A DNA stretch of 64,000 bases from Pseudomonadota bacterium (lineage in GTDB: Bacteria; Pseudomonadota; Gammaproteobacteria; Burkholderiales; Rhodocyclaceae): the NCBI GenBank assembly GCA_040756595.1, contig JBFLYR010000004.1, forward strand, positions 22,695 to 86,694, given 5' to 3'. The position numbers and the translations under genes were made by a program. This document shows positions 51,913-61,155 of this stretch, piece by piece. The notes beneath the pieces are model-generated. The model did not search any database and was not told the origin of the DNA. It saw only the letters and a list, made by a program, of their open reading frames with translations. Numbering within the stretch: the first letter of the stretch is position 1; each line of letters starts with the position of its first letter.

Positions 51913-52239
51913 ATGTCGCCACCTGAACAACCCGGATTCATCGGCAAACTGGTTTCCGTCATCATCGGTGCGATGCTGCTGGTGCTCGGCTTCATGTTCT
52001 CGATGGTGCTGCTGGCCGCCATCGTCGTTGTGGGTCTTGCCATCTGGGCCTGGTTCTGGTGGAAGACCCGGAAGCTGCGCCAGCAGATCGACGCACGCAT
52101 GCGTGAAAGTGCGGCGAATGCGCATGACTCGACCGGCGGCGACATCATCGAGGGTGAGGCGGTGGTCGTCGAAGAAGAGATTACTCGGGTAACTTCGAAT
52201 CGATTGCCAGAGTCACCGGACCGGCGTTCACCAGACTGA
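51913..52239 (+). CDS. Small membrane protein (hypothetical)
   Basis: 108 aa from ATG 51913 with two hydrophobic helices followed by an acidic tail. Its 3' 59 nt overlap the convergent dtd gene, so the true C-terminus is uncertain. Confidence 0.4.
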   Translation: MSPPEQPGFIGKLVSVIIGAMLLVLGFMFSMVLLAAIVVVGLAIWAWFWWKTRKLRQQIDARMRESAANAHDSTGGDIIEGEAVVVEEEITRVTSNRLPESPDRRSPD

Positions 52240-52633
52240 CCTGCATGTCGGCACCGAACACCCCGGTCGGTACCGGGCGTCCGAGTGCAGTGCCCAGCGC
52301 GGCGACGAAGCGTTCAAACATCGGTTGCGAAAAATCGGCTCTGGCGGCACGGCTCCATGAGGGGCGGTTGCCCTTCTTCACCGACGCGTAGAGCGTGAAT
52401 TGCGACACGGCGAGAACCTCGCCGCCGCTGTCGACGACGCTGAGGTTCATCACGCCTTGCGCATCCGAGAAGATGCGCAAGCCAAGCAGTTTGCGCACCA
52501 TCCAGTCGACGTCGGCGCCAGTATCACTGTCCTCGAAGCCGGTCAGCACCAGCATGCCAGGGCCGATGCTACCGGTGGTATTCCCGGCGACCGTGACGGA
52601 AGCGCATGTAACCCGCTGTACGACGACTCTCAT
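52181..52633 (-). CDS. dtd: D-aminoacyl-tRNA deacylase
   Basis: 150 aa with [23 protein letters not shown] and [15 protein letters not shown]. It is collinear with E. coli Dtd. The 639-aa track ORF is this gene plus an antisense shadow of recC. Confidence 0.92.
   Translation of the reverse strand: MRVVVQRVTCASVTVAGNTTGSIGPGMLVLTGFEDSDTGADVDWMVRKLLGLRIFSDAQGVMNLSVVDSGGEVLAVSQFTLYASVKKGNRPSWSRAARADFSQPMFERFVAALGTALGRPVPTGVFGADMQVSLVNAGPVTLAIDSKLPE
52331..52354 (+). repeat. 24-nt dispersed repeat, copy 15 (degenerate, 4 substitutions)
   Basis: AAAATCGGCTCTGGCGGCACGGCT lies antisense inside dtd and is read as SRAARADF. Confidence 0.6.
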
Positions 52634-52684
52634 GATGGACGCGAGTATAGCGATTCGCCGCCGCGATTCGGCTAGCATTCGGGG

Positions 52685-55600
52685 ATGCTGCACATCCACC
52701 ATGGCAATCGTCCGGACAGCCTCGTCGCCGCGTTGACGACGCTGTTGCGCGTCGATCCGCTGCCGCTGCTGGAACCGGAAACCATCGTCGTCCCCTCGAC
52801 CGCGATGGCGCGCTGGCTGGGCTTCCAGCTTGCGGACGGGCTGGGGATCGCGGCCCAGAATGCCTTCGTCTTTCCGGCGTCCTACGTCTGGCAATTGTTC
52901 GGCCGCGTGCTGCCCGACGTGGCGACGAGCAATCCCTTCGACCGGGATGCAATGCATTGGCGCCTGCTGCGTTTGCTGGGTGACAGTCGCGCACCGGAAA
53001 TCCGCCATTACCTCGACGGGGATGACGGTGCACGCCAGTACGAACTGGCGGGAAAGCTTGCCAGCCTGTTCGATCGTTATCTCGTCGAGCGGCCCGACTG
53101 GATCGCGGCATGGAGTGCAGGCAAGCGGCTCGGCCTCGGTCCGGATGAAGTCTGGCAATCCGGACTCTGGCGCACGTTGCGCGCCGACCTGCCAGAGGTT
53201 GCGACGGAACATCCGCGCGAGCGCTTCCTCGCGGCATTGCGTGCCCAACCGGCCGTGCGTGCGCGCCTGCCGCGCCGACTCAGCCTGTTCTGTGTCGAGG
53301 CGATGCCTGCGCTGTATTGGGAAGTCTTTGTCGGACTCGCAGTGTGGCTCGACGTGCATGTCTTCGTGCTGGCGCCCTGTCGCGAATACTGGGGCGACAT
53401 CGAGAAAATGCGTGAACGGCTGCGCATGGAACTCGAACAACCCGAGGCGGCCCTGCTTTATGAAACCGGCCATCCGCTGCTGGCCTCGCTGGGCCGGGCG
53501 CGCCAGCATGCGGTGCTGCGGCTTGCCGATGCTGCAACGCAGACCGCCAGTGCCGAACATGAGTATTTCGTTGCTCCGCCCTCGACATTGTTGGGTGCCT
53601 TGCAGCGCGACATCCTTGACCTTTCGGCCAGTCGCGCGGTAGCGATGGACGCCACGCTGCAGATCCACGACTGCCACGGTGCGCAGCGCGAAGCAGAGGT
53701 ACTGCTCGACCGCCTGCTCGATCTGTTCGAACGGCTGCCGGATTTGCGACCAGCCGACATTCTGATCCTCACGACCGACATCGAAGCCTACGGTCCGATC
53801 ATCGAGGCCGTGCTGGCACATGCGCCGCGGGAGCGGCGTATTCCATGTACCGTGGCCGACCGGCCGCTCGCCATTGCGCCGCTCTGGCGCGCGCTGCGTC
53901 AGCTGTGCGTCGTGGCGGCGGGTGAGTTCGATGCGGAAAGCGTGCTGTCCCTGCTTGACGAACCCGCGCTGCGGCGCGCATTCGACATCGATGAAAACGA
54001 ATTGCCGCGACTGCGCGACTGGGTGGGCGAGGCTGGCATCCGCTGGGGCATCGACGGCGCGGCGCGTGCCCGACATGGTCTGCCGGCGGAAGATGCCCAC
54101 AGCTGGCGTGCCGGGCTACAGCGGCTGCTACTGGGCGTGGCGTTGCCGGATGCGCCCGAGCGTCTGTGGCAGGGCATGCTGCCGGTGACGGGAATCGAAG
54201 GCGAGCGGGCTGAGTTGCTGGGCCGTTTCGTCGATTTCACCGAAGCTTTGTTTGGGCTGAGTGAAAAAGTCGGCGCTGGCAGGACGGCATCGGAATGGTG
54301 TCGGCTGCTTGCCGCGACGCTGGAACACTTTCTCGCACCCGACGAAGCGGAGGAGGGGCAGGCGCAAGGCTTGCGGGAAACGCTGACCCGGCTCGGCGAA
54401 CTGGCGGATTCCGCGCGATGCGCCACCCGGCTGCCGTTGTCGGTGCTATTGCGTGAAATTGATGAACGGCTGAAAGAGCAGGCGCCCGCACAGGCATTCG
54501 TTTCCGGCACGGCGACGATCGCGGCGCTGCAACCCGGCCGTCCCGTTTCCGCGCGTGTCATCTGTCTCGTCGGCATGAACGACGGGGCCTGGCCGCGCCC
54601 GGCGACGCCACAGGGTTTCGACCTGATGGCCGCGCATCCGCGTCCCGGTGATCGCAACCGGCGCGGCGAGGAGCGTCATGCTTTCCTCGAAGCACTGCTG
54701 TGCGCGGGAGATGCCCTGATCGTCACGTATGCCGGGCGCGATCCGCGCAGCAACCTTGAATTGCCGCCCGCTGCACCGCTCGCCGAACTGATCGACACTC
54801 TTGTGGCAATGACCGGGAAAGCGGCCGATGCGCTGGTAGTGCAGCATCCATTGCAACCCTTTGGCAGCGCGTATTTCGATGGTAGAGACACGCGTATCTT
54901 CAGTTTCGATGCCGAGCATTGCCGACAAGCCTCCGTGCCGGCAGCCTCCGCATTCCTTGGCCGGAAGGTGCGTGTCGAAGCGCTTGACGTTGATGAAATC
55001 GACCTGCCGGAACTGCAGCGCTTTTTTGCTCACCCGGTGCGTCATTTCCTGCGCGAGCGCATGGGCATCCATCTCGAAGAGTCCGAGGAATTGCTCGACA
55101 TGCACGAACCCTTCGTGCCGAATGCGCTCGAAGCCTACCGGTTGCGGGAGGCGCAGTTCGCAGGGCTGGTGGCCGGCCACCCGGTTGATGAGGTGACCGC
55201 GCTATTGCATGCCCGTGGCTGGTTGCCGCAGGGGGTGGCGGGCGACCTGGCCGCGCGCGCGGCGCACGACGAGGCATTGCCGCTCTGGCAGAGCGCGCAA
55301 GCCTGGCTCGATGCAGGGCGCCAACCTGACTGCGCGGTGGAATTCGCAGCGCACGGGATACGCCTGAGCGGCCGGCTCGACGGCCTGACCGACCGCGGAC
55401 TCTGGCGCGTGCGCCACGGCAAGCTGCGCGCGAAGGACCGCTTGCGCCTGTGGCTCGATCATCTGCTGCTGAATGTCGCGGCGCCGGCCGGTGTGCCGCT
55501 GCACAGCAGCTTGATTGCCCGCGATGCGTTCATGCAGCTCGTACCGGAACCGCGTGCGCGTGAGGTTCTGGCTGGTCTGCTGGCGCTCTATCGTGATGGC

Positions 55601-55831
55601 TTGCTGCAGGCCTTGCCCATCTATCCGGAAACGGCGTGGGCCTGGTTGGAACAGAAGAACTGGCGCCGGGAGTGGGAGGGCGATGCTTTCAACTACAAGC
55701 CTGGCGAGCGCGATGACGCATATGTGCGCCTGGCCTTGCGCGATCGCCCGGAAGACCCGCTCGGCGCTGAGTTCCAGCAATTGGCAGAGCACATCTTTGG
55801 CCCCCTGAAACAGAAAGTCGGCGATGGCTGA
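52685..55831 (+). CDS. recC: Exodeoxyribonuclease V gamma subunit
   Basis: 1048 aa, beginning MLHIHHGNR...L, as is typical of RecC. It is followed by overlapping recB and recD genes. Confidence 0.9.
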   Translation: MLHIHHGNRPDSLVAALTTLLRVDPLPLLEPETIVVPSTAMARWLGFQLADGLGIAAQNAFVFPASYVWQLFGRVLPDVATSNPFDRDAMHWRLLRLLGDSRAPEIRHYLDGDDGARQYELAGKLASLFDRYLVERPDWIAAWSAGKRLGLGPDEVWQSGLWRTLRADLPEVATEHPRERFLAALRAQPAVRARLPRRLSLFCVEAMPALYWEVFVGLAVWLDVHVFVLAPCREYWGDIEKMRERLRMELEQPEAALLYETGHPLLASLGRARQHAVLRLADAATQTASAEHEYFVAPPSTLLGALQRDILDLSASRAVAMDATLQIHDCHGAQREAEVLLDRLLDLFERLPDLRPADILILTTDIEAYGPIIEAVLAHAPRERRIPCTVADRPLAIAPLWRALRQLCVVAAGEFDAESVLSLLDEPALRRAFDIDENELPRLRDWVGEAGIRWGIDGAARARHGLPAEDAHSWRAGLQRLLLGVALPDAPERLWQGMLPVTGIEGERAELLGRFVDFTEALFGLSEKVGAGRTASEWCRLLAATLEHFLAPDEAEEGQAQGLRETLTRLGELADSARCATRLPLSVLLREIDERLKEQAPAQAFVSGTATIAALQPGRPVSARVICLVGMNDGAWPRPATPQGFDLMAAHPRPGDRNRRGEERHAFLEALLCAGDALIVTYAGRDPRSNLELPPAAPLAELIDTLVAMTGKAADALVVQHPLQPFGSAYFDGRDTRIFSFDAEHCRQASVPAASAFLGRKVRVEALDVDEIDLPELQRFFAHPVRHFLRERMGIHLEESEELLDMHEPFVPNALEAYRLREAQFAGLVAGHPVDEVTALLHARGWLPQGVAGDLAARAAHDEALPLWQSAQAWLDAGRQPDCAVEFAAHGIRLSGRLDGLTDRGLWRVRHGKLRAKDRLRLWLDHLLLNVAAPAGVPLHSSLIARDAFMQLVPEPRAREVLAGLLALYRDGLLQALPIYPETAWAWLEQKNWRREWEGDAFNYKPGERDDAYVRLALRDRPEDPLGAEFQQLAEHIFGPLKQKVGDG
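54266..54289 (+). repeat. 24-nt dispersed repeat, copy 16 (1 substitution)
   Basis: AAAGTCGGCGCTGGCAGGACGGCA lies in frame in recC and is read as KVGAGRTA. Confidence 0.93.
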
Positions 55832-55837
55832 ACGGCA
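55814..55837 (+). repeat. 24-nt dispersed repeat, copy 17 (3 substitutions)
   Basis: AAAGTCGGCGATGGCTGAACGGCA. The substitutions create the recB ATG (55824) and the recC TGA (55829-55831). Confidence 0.75.
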
Positions 55838-58800
55838 CTTCGTTCCCCTCGATTCGCCTTTCGAGGTCGAACTGACCGGCACGCGCCTGCTCGAAGCCGG
55901 CGCCGGTACCGGCAAGACCTGGATGCTGGCCGCGCTGGTCCTGCGCCTGCTGCTTGAACAGCAGATCGAGATTGGCAAGATCCTCGTCGTCACCTACACA
56001 CGCGCAGCCAGCGGCGAGCTGCGCGGCCGCGTTCGTGCCCGGCTGGTCGAGGCGCTCGCGGCTTTCGATGCGGGTCGCGCGGATGAACCCTACTTGCAAG
56101 CGCTGGTCGAGCGCATCGGTACCACGGGTACCGCTGGCGCCACCGCTGCCAGGGTACGCCTGCGGCTGGCGATCGAGAGCTTCGACGAAGCGTCCATCTT
56201 CACGATCCACGGTTTCTGCCAGCGCGCGCTCGGCGAAACGGCCTTCGCCGCCGGCCAAGCTTTCGAACGTGAATTGATTGCCGATCAGGGCGAGTTGCTC
56301 GCCGCCGTGGCACGTGATGCCTGGCGCAGGGAAATGGCGACGGCCTCGCCGCTCTGGGCGCAATGGCTGATTGACCACGTGCAGGGACCGGAGGGGCTGG
56401 CCGCCATCGTCAGATCGCATCTGGGACGCGTCGATGCGCGACTTGAAGCCCCCGCTCAGGTGGATCGGAAAGCCGCGGAGCAGCGCTTTGCCGCTGCCTT
56501 CGTAATGGTCAGGGACCTCTGGAAAGCCGATGCGGCGCGGATTCTCGACTGGCTGGCTGGCGCGAAACTGAACCAGCAAAGCTACAGCGCGAAGAAGATG
56601 CAGCCGCGCAGCGTTGCGCTCGGATTGTGGCTGTCCGCTGAACCACCCCTGTCGCCCCTGCTGCCTTTGCCCGAGGGCATCGAACATTTCGGGCTGGCGA
56701 AGATCGCGGCCAAGTTGAACAAAGGCGGTCAATTGCCGCAGCATGCTTTCTTCGCTGCCATGGACGAGCTGCTGCAATCCGCTGGCGAATTGCAGGCGGC
56801 TTGCGAAAGCGCGACGCGCCGGCTGCTGCAGGATTTCCTGCTGACTGCGCGAACCGGGCTTGCGGAGAGAAAACGGCGCAGTGGCCAGCAGACCTACGAT
56901 GACCTGCTGGTCGACCTCGCGCAGGCGCTCGACGGCCCGGCCGGGCCCCGACTGGTTGATAGCCTGCGGGCGCGCTACCGCATCGCCCTCGTCGATGAGT
57001 TCCAGGACACCGATCCGCTGCAGTTGCGAATCTTCATGTGTATCTTCGGTACCGACGAACGGCCGCTGATTTTCGTCGGCGATCCGAAACAGGCGATCTA
57101 CGGTTTCCGTGGTGCCGACGTATTCGCCTATCTCAAGGCGCGCACGCAAGCGGACACCGGTTATGCGCTGTTGGAGAATCGGCGCTCCGATCCGCCGCTG
57201 CTCAAGGCGGTGAATGCGCTGTTCGCCCGGCCGCTGCCGTTCCTGCTCGACGGCATGCCTTACGAGCCTTCCCGTGCGGCGGACAGGGTGCGGGAGATCT
57301 GCCGGATCGATGATGACGCCGCGCCGCTGTCACTCTGGACGATGCAAGCGCCCGAGGGCGGAAAAGGCTTCCCGAAGGACACGGCGCGCACGATGGCTGC
57401 CGAGGCCGTCGCCGCCGATATCGCGCGGCTGTTGGGCCTGAGCGCCACGGGGCGCGCGACGCTCGGCGAACGTCCTCTGGGCGGCGGCGATATCGCCGTG
57501 CTGGTGCGCCGGCATCGGGATGGTGATCTGGTCCGGCAGGCGCTGGCGCGGCACGGCATCCCCAGCGTCAGCGGCGGTGGTGGCAGCGTCTGGCACAGCG
57601 ATGAGGCAGTCGAGATCGAACGGCTGCTGCTCGCGGTGGCCGCGCCGGCGCGCGAGGGCTTGGTGCGCGCGGCATTGGCGACGATATTGCTCGGCGCGGA
57701 TGCAGCGCAGCTGGCAGCATGGCTGCACGATGAACCGGCGTGGAGTGCGCGCCTCGATTGCTTTCATGATGATCTGCTGCTATTCCGCGAACGCGGCTTC
57801 ATGGCGATGTGGCGCCGGCTGCTGCGCCGCGAAGGTGTTGTCGCGCGCGTGCTGGAACGGCCGGATGGCGAGCGGCGGCTGACCAACTACCGCCATCTGG
57901 CCGAATTGCTGCAGGCCGCCGAACAGGGCGCTGCGCTCGATGTCGAGGGGCTCGCGCGTCATATCGCGCAGCAGCGGCAGGCACCGGAAGGCGAGGAGAG
58001 CCAGTTGCGGCTGGAAAGCGACGCGCATCTCGTGCGCATCGTCACCCTGCATGCCGCGAAGGGTTTGCAATACCCCATTGTGTATTGTCCCTTCCTCTGG
58101 CTGGGACCCGAGGAGGACAAGACGGGCTGGCCCGTATTGGCACATCATGAGGGCAAAGCCTGCCTCGACTTCGGCTCGGAAGGCATCGACGGCCTGCGGG
58201 CGGCGGCGGATCGCGAGGACGCGGCCGAGGAGCTCCGGCTCGCCTACGTCGCGCTGACGCGCGCCGAACATCGCTGCATCCTTGCCTGGGGCAAGGTGAA
58301 CAACTGCGCCCGCTCGCCGCTCGCCTGGCTGCTGTTCGGGCCGCGCGAATCCGTGGCCGAAGAACCGCGTGTCTGGCTGGCGCGTTGGCTGGAAACCCAT
58401 GACGAAAGCGCGGCGCTGCACGCGCTCGAAGCGGGCCTCGACAGAGCCTTGAAGGTGATGCCGTTGCCGGGCGACGGTAGCGCGCCGCTGCCGCCCGCGG
58501 AAACGGTGCGAGCACATCGGCCACGGGACTTCATGAGCAAGGTGCCCGCGCCGTGGCGGGTTCAGAGCTTCTCGTCGCTCGCTGCCCGTCTCTCCGAAGA
58601 GGCGGAAACCGCCGATCGCGACGCGGTCGTGCCAGCCAGTGCCGTACCGCCAGCGCCGACTTTTTCGAATATTCAAAACTTCCCGCGCGGCACACGTGCC
58701 GGTAGCTGCCTGCATGCCTTGTTCGAGCGCATCGATTTCCAGGGCCGCACGCCAGTCGGCCCGACCGCCGCTGCGACGCTGGTGGCCTTCGGTTACGCGC

Positions 58801-59273
58801 CCGACTGGCAGCCGGTGCTCGAGCGACTGGTGGCGGATGTCCTGGGCACGACTTTGAATGCGGATGGGCTGCGGTTGGCCGACGTGCCGCGCGGCGAACG
58901 ATTGGTCGAGCTCGAGTTCACCTTCCCGTTTGGTTCGGCAGCGGAGCGTGCCGGCTACATGAAGGGCTTCATCGACCTCGTGTTCCGTCATGCAGGTCGC
59001 TGGTACATCGTCGACTGGAAGTCGAACTGGCTGGAAGACTATGGGCCGGCGTCCCTCGCCGCCGCCATGCAGGCGCATCGCTACGAGTTGCAGGCGCGCA
59101 TCTACGCGGCCGCCCTCAAGCGGGCGCTGGCTGTGCGCGAGCCGCAAAATGACTGGGAGAGTAGCTTCGGCGGCATGTTCTACCTGTTCCTGCGCGGCAT
59201 GGCGCCGGGCAGTTCGGACGGGATCCATTTTTTCCGGCCAGCGATTGACGAGATTGCGGAATTTCTGTCATGA
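55824..59273 (+). CDS. recB: Exodeoxyribonuclease V beta subunit (helicase-nuclease)
   Basis: 1149 aa with UvrD-like motifs (EAGAGTGKTW, DEFQDTD, RSDPPLL) and a C-terminal PD-(D/E)xK nuclease (GFIDLVF..YIVDWKSN). Confidence 0.93.
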   Translation: MAERHFVPLDSPFEVELTGTRLLEAGAGTGKTWMLAALVLRLLLEQQIEIGKILVVTYTRAASGELRGRVRARLVEALAAFDAGRADEPYLQALVERIGTTGTAGATAARVRLRLAIESFDEASIFTIHGFCQRALGETAFAAGQAFERELIADQGELLAAVARDAWRREMATASPLWAQWLIDHVQGPEGLAAIVRSHLGRVDARLEAPAQVDRKAAEQRFAAAFVMVRDLWKADAARILDWLAGAKLNQQSYSAKKMQPRSVALGLWLSAEPPLSPLLPLPEGIEHFGLAKIAAKLNKGGQLPQHAFFAAMDELLQSAGELQAACESATRRLLQDFLLTARTGLAERKRRSGQQTYDDLLVDLAQALDGPAGPRLVDSLRARYRIALVDEFQDTDPLQLRIFMCIFGTDERPLIFVGDPKQAIYGFRGADVFAYLKARTQADTGYALLENRRSDPPLLKAVNALFARPLPFLLDGMPYEPSRAADRVREICRIDDDAAPLSLWTMQAPEGGKGFPKDTARTMAAEAVAADIARLLGLSATGRATLGERPLGGGDIAVLVRRHRDGDLVRQALARHGIPSVSGGGGSVWHSDEAVEIERLLLAVAAPAREGLVRAALATILLGADAAQLAAWLHDEPAWSARLDCFHDDLLLFRERGFMAMWRRLLRREGVVARVLERPDGERRLTNYRHLAELLQAAEQGAALDVEGLARHIAQQRQAPEGEESQLRLESDAHLVRIVTLHAAKGLQYPIVYCPFLWLGPEEDKTGWPVLAHHEGKACLDFGSEGIDGLRAAADREDAAEELRLAYVALTRAEHRCILAWGKVNNCARSPLAWLLFGPRESVAEEPRVWLARWLETHDESAALHALEAGLDRALKVMPLPGDGSAPLPPAETVRAHRPRDFMSKVPAPWRVQSFSSLAARLSEEAETADRDAVVPASAVPPAPTFSNIQNFPRGTRAGSCLHALFERIDFQGRTPVGPTAAATLVAFGYAPDWQPVLERLVADVLGTTLNADGLRLADVPRGERLVELEFTFPFGSAAERAGYMKGFIDLVFRHAGRWYIVDWKSNWLEDYGPASLAAAMQAHRYELQARIYAAALKRALAVREPQNDWESSFGGMFYLFLRGMAPGSSDGIHFFRPAIDEIAEFLS
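58640..58663 (-). repeat. 24-nt dispersed repeat, copy 18 (1 substitution)
   Basis: The + strand reads TGCCGTACCGCCAGCGCCGACTTT. The copy lies antisense in recB, is read as AVPPAPTF, and sits just before the nuclease domain. Confidence 0.93.
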
Positions 59274-60859
59274 ATCCATCGCCGCTCATCACGCATTTTG
59301 CGCGCTTCCTAGGTGGCACCGATGAACAGGCGAAGCTGGCGGCGGCGCTGGCCGTGCAGGCGACGCAGGCAGGCCATGTCTGCGCCGATCTGGATTGCGA
59401 ATCCGGCTGGGGACCATGGGCGGAAACACTGGATGCCGATCAGCGGGCAGAGTTCCGCGTGCAGTTGCCGCACTTGGCCATCGTCGGTGGCGCGGACGAG
59501 TGGACGCCATTGGTCTGGGATGGCCAGCGGCTCTACCTGCGGCGCTATTTCGATTACGAACGGCGCGTTGCCGCCGATCTGCTGGCGCGCATCGCAACGC
59601 CCGACATACCCGGAGCGCCCGATCTGCAAGCCGAATCACGACTGGCGGAACGCTTCGCCGATGGCGGCCAGCGCAACGCCGCGCGCATCGCGCTGTCGCA
59701 TCGGCTGGCCTTGATTTCCGGCGGCCCCGGTACCGGCAAGACGCACACGCTGGCGCGCATTATCGGCTTGCTGCAGGAACAGAATCCGTCCCTGCGTATC
59801 GCACTGGCCGCGCCGACCGGCAAGGCGGCCGCACGCATGACGGAGGCGCTGCAGGCGGCGGGCGTCGCGACGGAGGCAGGTGCGCAAACCCTGCATCGCC
59901 TGCTCGGCATGCGTGCCGACGGCAGCGGGTTTCGCCATCGCAACGAATATCCGCTCGCCTGCGATGTTCTGGTCGTTGATGAGGCCTCGATGATCGACCT
60001 GTCGCTGATGGCGCATCTGCTCGACGCCTTGCCCGCAGCGGCGCGGCTGATCCTGCTTGGCGACCGTGACCAGCTCGCCGCCGTCGAGGCGGGTGCGGTG
60101 TTCGCCGACCTTTGCGACAGTCCGCGCCTCGATGTCTGCGTGGCACTGCTGACGACGAGTTTCCGGTTCGGCGGCGACAGCGGCATCGGACAACTGGCGG
60201 AACGCTTGCGTAGCGGCGATGCGGAGGGCGTCGTCGCGCAATTGCGGGCAGACGGCAATGATCTCGTCTGGCAGGTAGAGGAGGATACGGTCGTCGGCGC
60301 TGCGCGCGCGGGTTACCGCGAATATCTGGAAGGCGTGGCATCGGCAGCGCCTCCGCACGAATTGTTCGAACGCTTCAATCGCTTCCGGGTACTGTGTGCC
60401 CACCGGCAGGATGTCGTGACGATCAATCGTGCCCTGGCAGGTGGCAGCCTGCACCCGACGCCGGGCATGCCGCTGCTGGTGTTGCGCAACGATTCACTGC
60501 TGCGCGTGTTCAACGGGGATATCGGCCTCGTGTTGCCCGATCCGGCCGATGGCCAGCTCAAGGCTTGCTTCCCGGGCACTGCTGAAAACGCATCGCGCTG
60601 GATTTCGCTGTCCCGCCTGCCGGAATGGGAGCCGGCCTGGGCGATGACGGTGCACAAGTCGCAGGGATCGGAGTTCGCGCAGGTGCTGCTGGTGCTGCCG
60701 TCCGCCGTTTCCCCGGTGACGACGCGCGAACTGGTCTATACCGGCATCACGCGGACGAAACAGGGCGTCGCACTCCGGGCGGGCGAAACGGTATTGCGTG
60801 CGGCCGTCGAGCGCCGTGCCGAACGCATGTCCGGCCTGCGCGAACGTCTGCAGCAGTAA
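59270..60859 (+). CDS. recD: Exodeoxyribonuclease V alpha subunit
   Basis: 529 aa with SF1 helicase motifs (GGPGTGKTHT, VVDEASMID, VHKSQGSEF). Confidence 0.92.
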   Translation: MNPSPLITHFARFLGGTDEQAKLAAALAVQATQAGHVCADLDCESGWGPWAETLDADQRAEFRVQLPHLAIVGGADEWTPLVWDGQRLYLRRYFDYERRVAADLLARIATPDIPGAPDLQAESRLAERFADGGQRNAARIALSHRLALISGGPGTGKTHTLARIIGLLQEQNPSLRIALAAPTGKAAARMTEALQAAGVATEAGAQTLHRLLGMRADGSGFRHRNEYPLACDVLVVDEASMIDLSLMAHLLDALPAAARLILLGDRDQLAAVEAGAVFADLCDSPRLDVCVALLTTSFRFGGDSGIGQLAERLRSGDAEGVVAQLRADGNDLVWQVEEDTVVGAARAGYREYLEGVASAAPPHELFERFNRFRVLCAHRQDVVTINRALAGGSLHPTPGMPLLVLRNDSLLRVFNGDIGLVLPDPADGQLKACFPGTAENASRWISLSRLPEWEPAWAMTVHKSQGSEFAQVLLVLPSAVSPVTTRELVYTGITRTKQGVALRAGETVLRAAVERRAERMSGLRERLQQ

Positions 60860-60862
60860 GTT

Positions 60863-61108
60863 TTAGCGGCCCTGCTGGATCTTGTTGAGCATGCGGGCGC
60901 GGCCGGAAGCTTCGGCCTGGTTGGCCGCCGAAACCTGCCGACCGTAGGCGTCGCGATCCTCCTTGGAGCGCTTCACGGCCTCGATGCTCTTGATACAGCG
61001 CCAACGCGATCCTGTCTTGGTGATCAGCAACTTCATCTCCTCCACGGGATGATGAGTGCGGCAGTGATAGCAGTAGCGTGTCGCGGGTTCTTTTTTCTCG
61101 GTACTCAT
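60863..61108 (-). CDS. Small conserved-looking hypothetical protein
   Basis: 81 aa and basic, with a CYHC...C pattern. It has an ATG with an upstream ribosome-binding-site-like sequence. I recognise no family. Confidence 0.45.
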   Translation of the reverse strand: MSTEKKEPATRYCYHCRTHHPVEEMKLLITKTGSRWRCIKSIEAVKRSKEDRDAYGRQVSAANQAEASGRARMLNKIQQGR

Positions 61109-61155
61109 AAGCCTGCGGATTATACCTGTTTCGATTATTTTGCTTAATACCTCTG

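Noticed and set aside
52634-54100. The upstream 489 codons of the 639-aa minus-strand ORF that ends as dtd.
   Set aside because: Only the last 150 codons (from ATG 52633) match Dtd. The rest is antisense to recC and has shadow-ORF composition.
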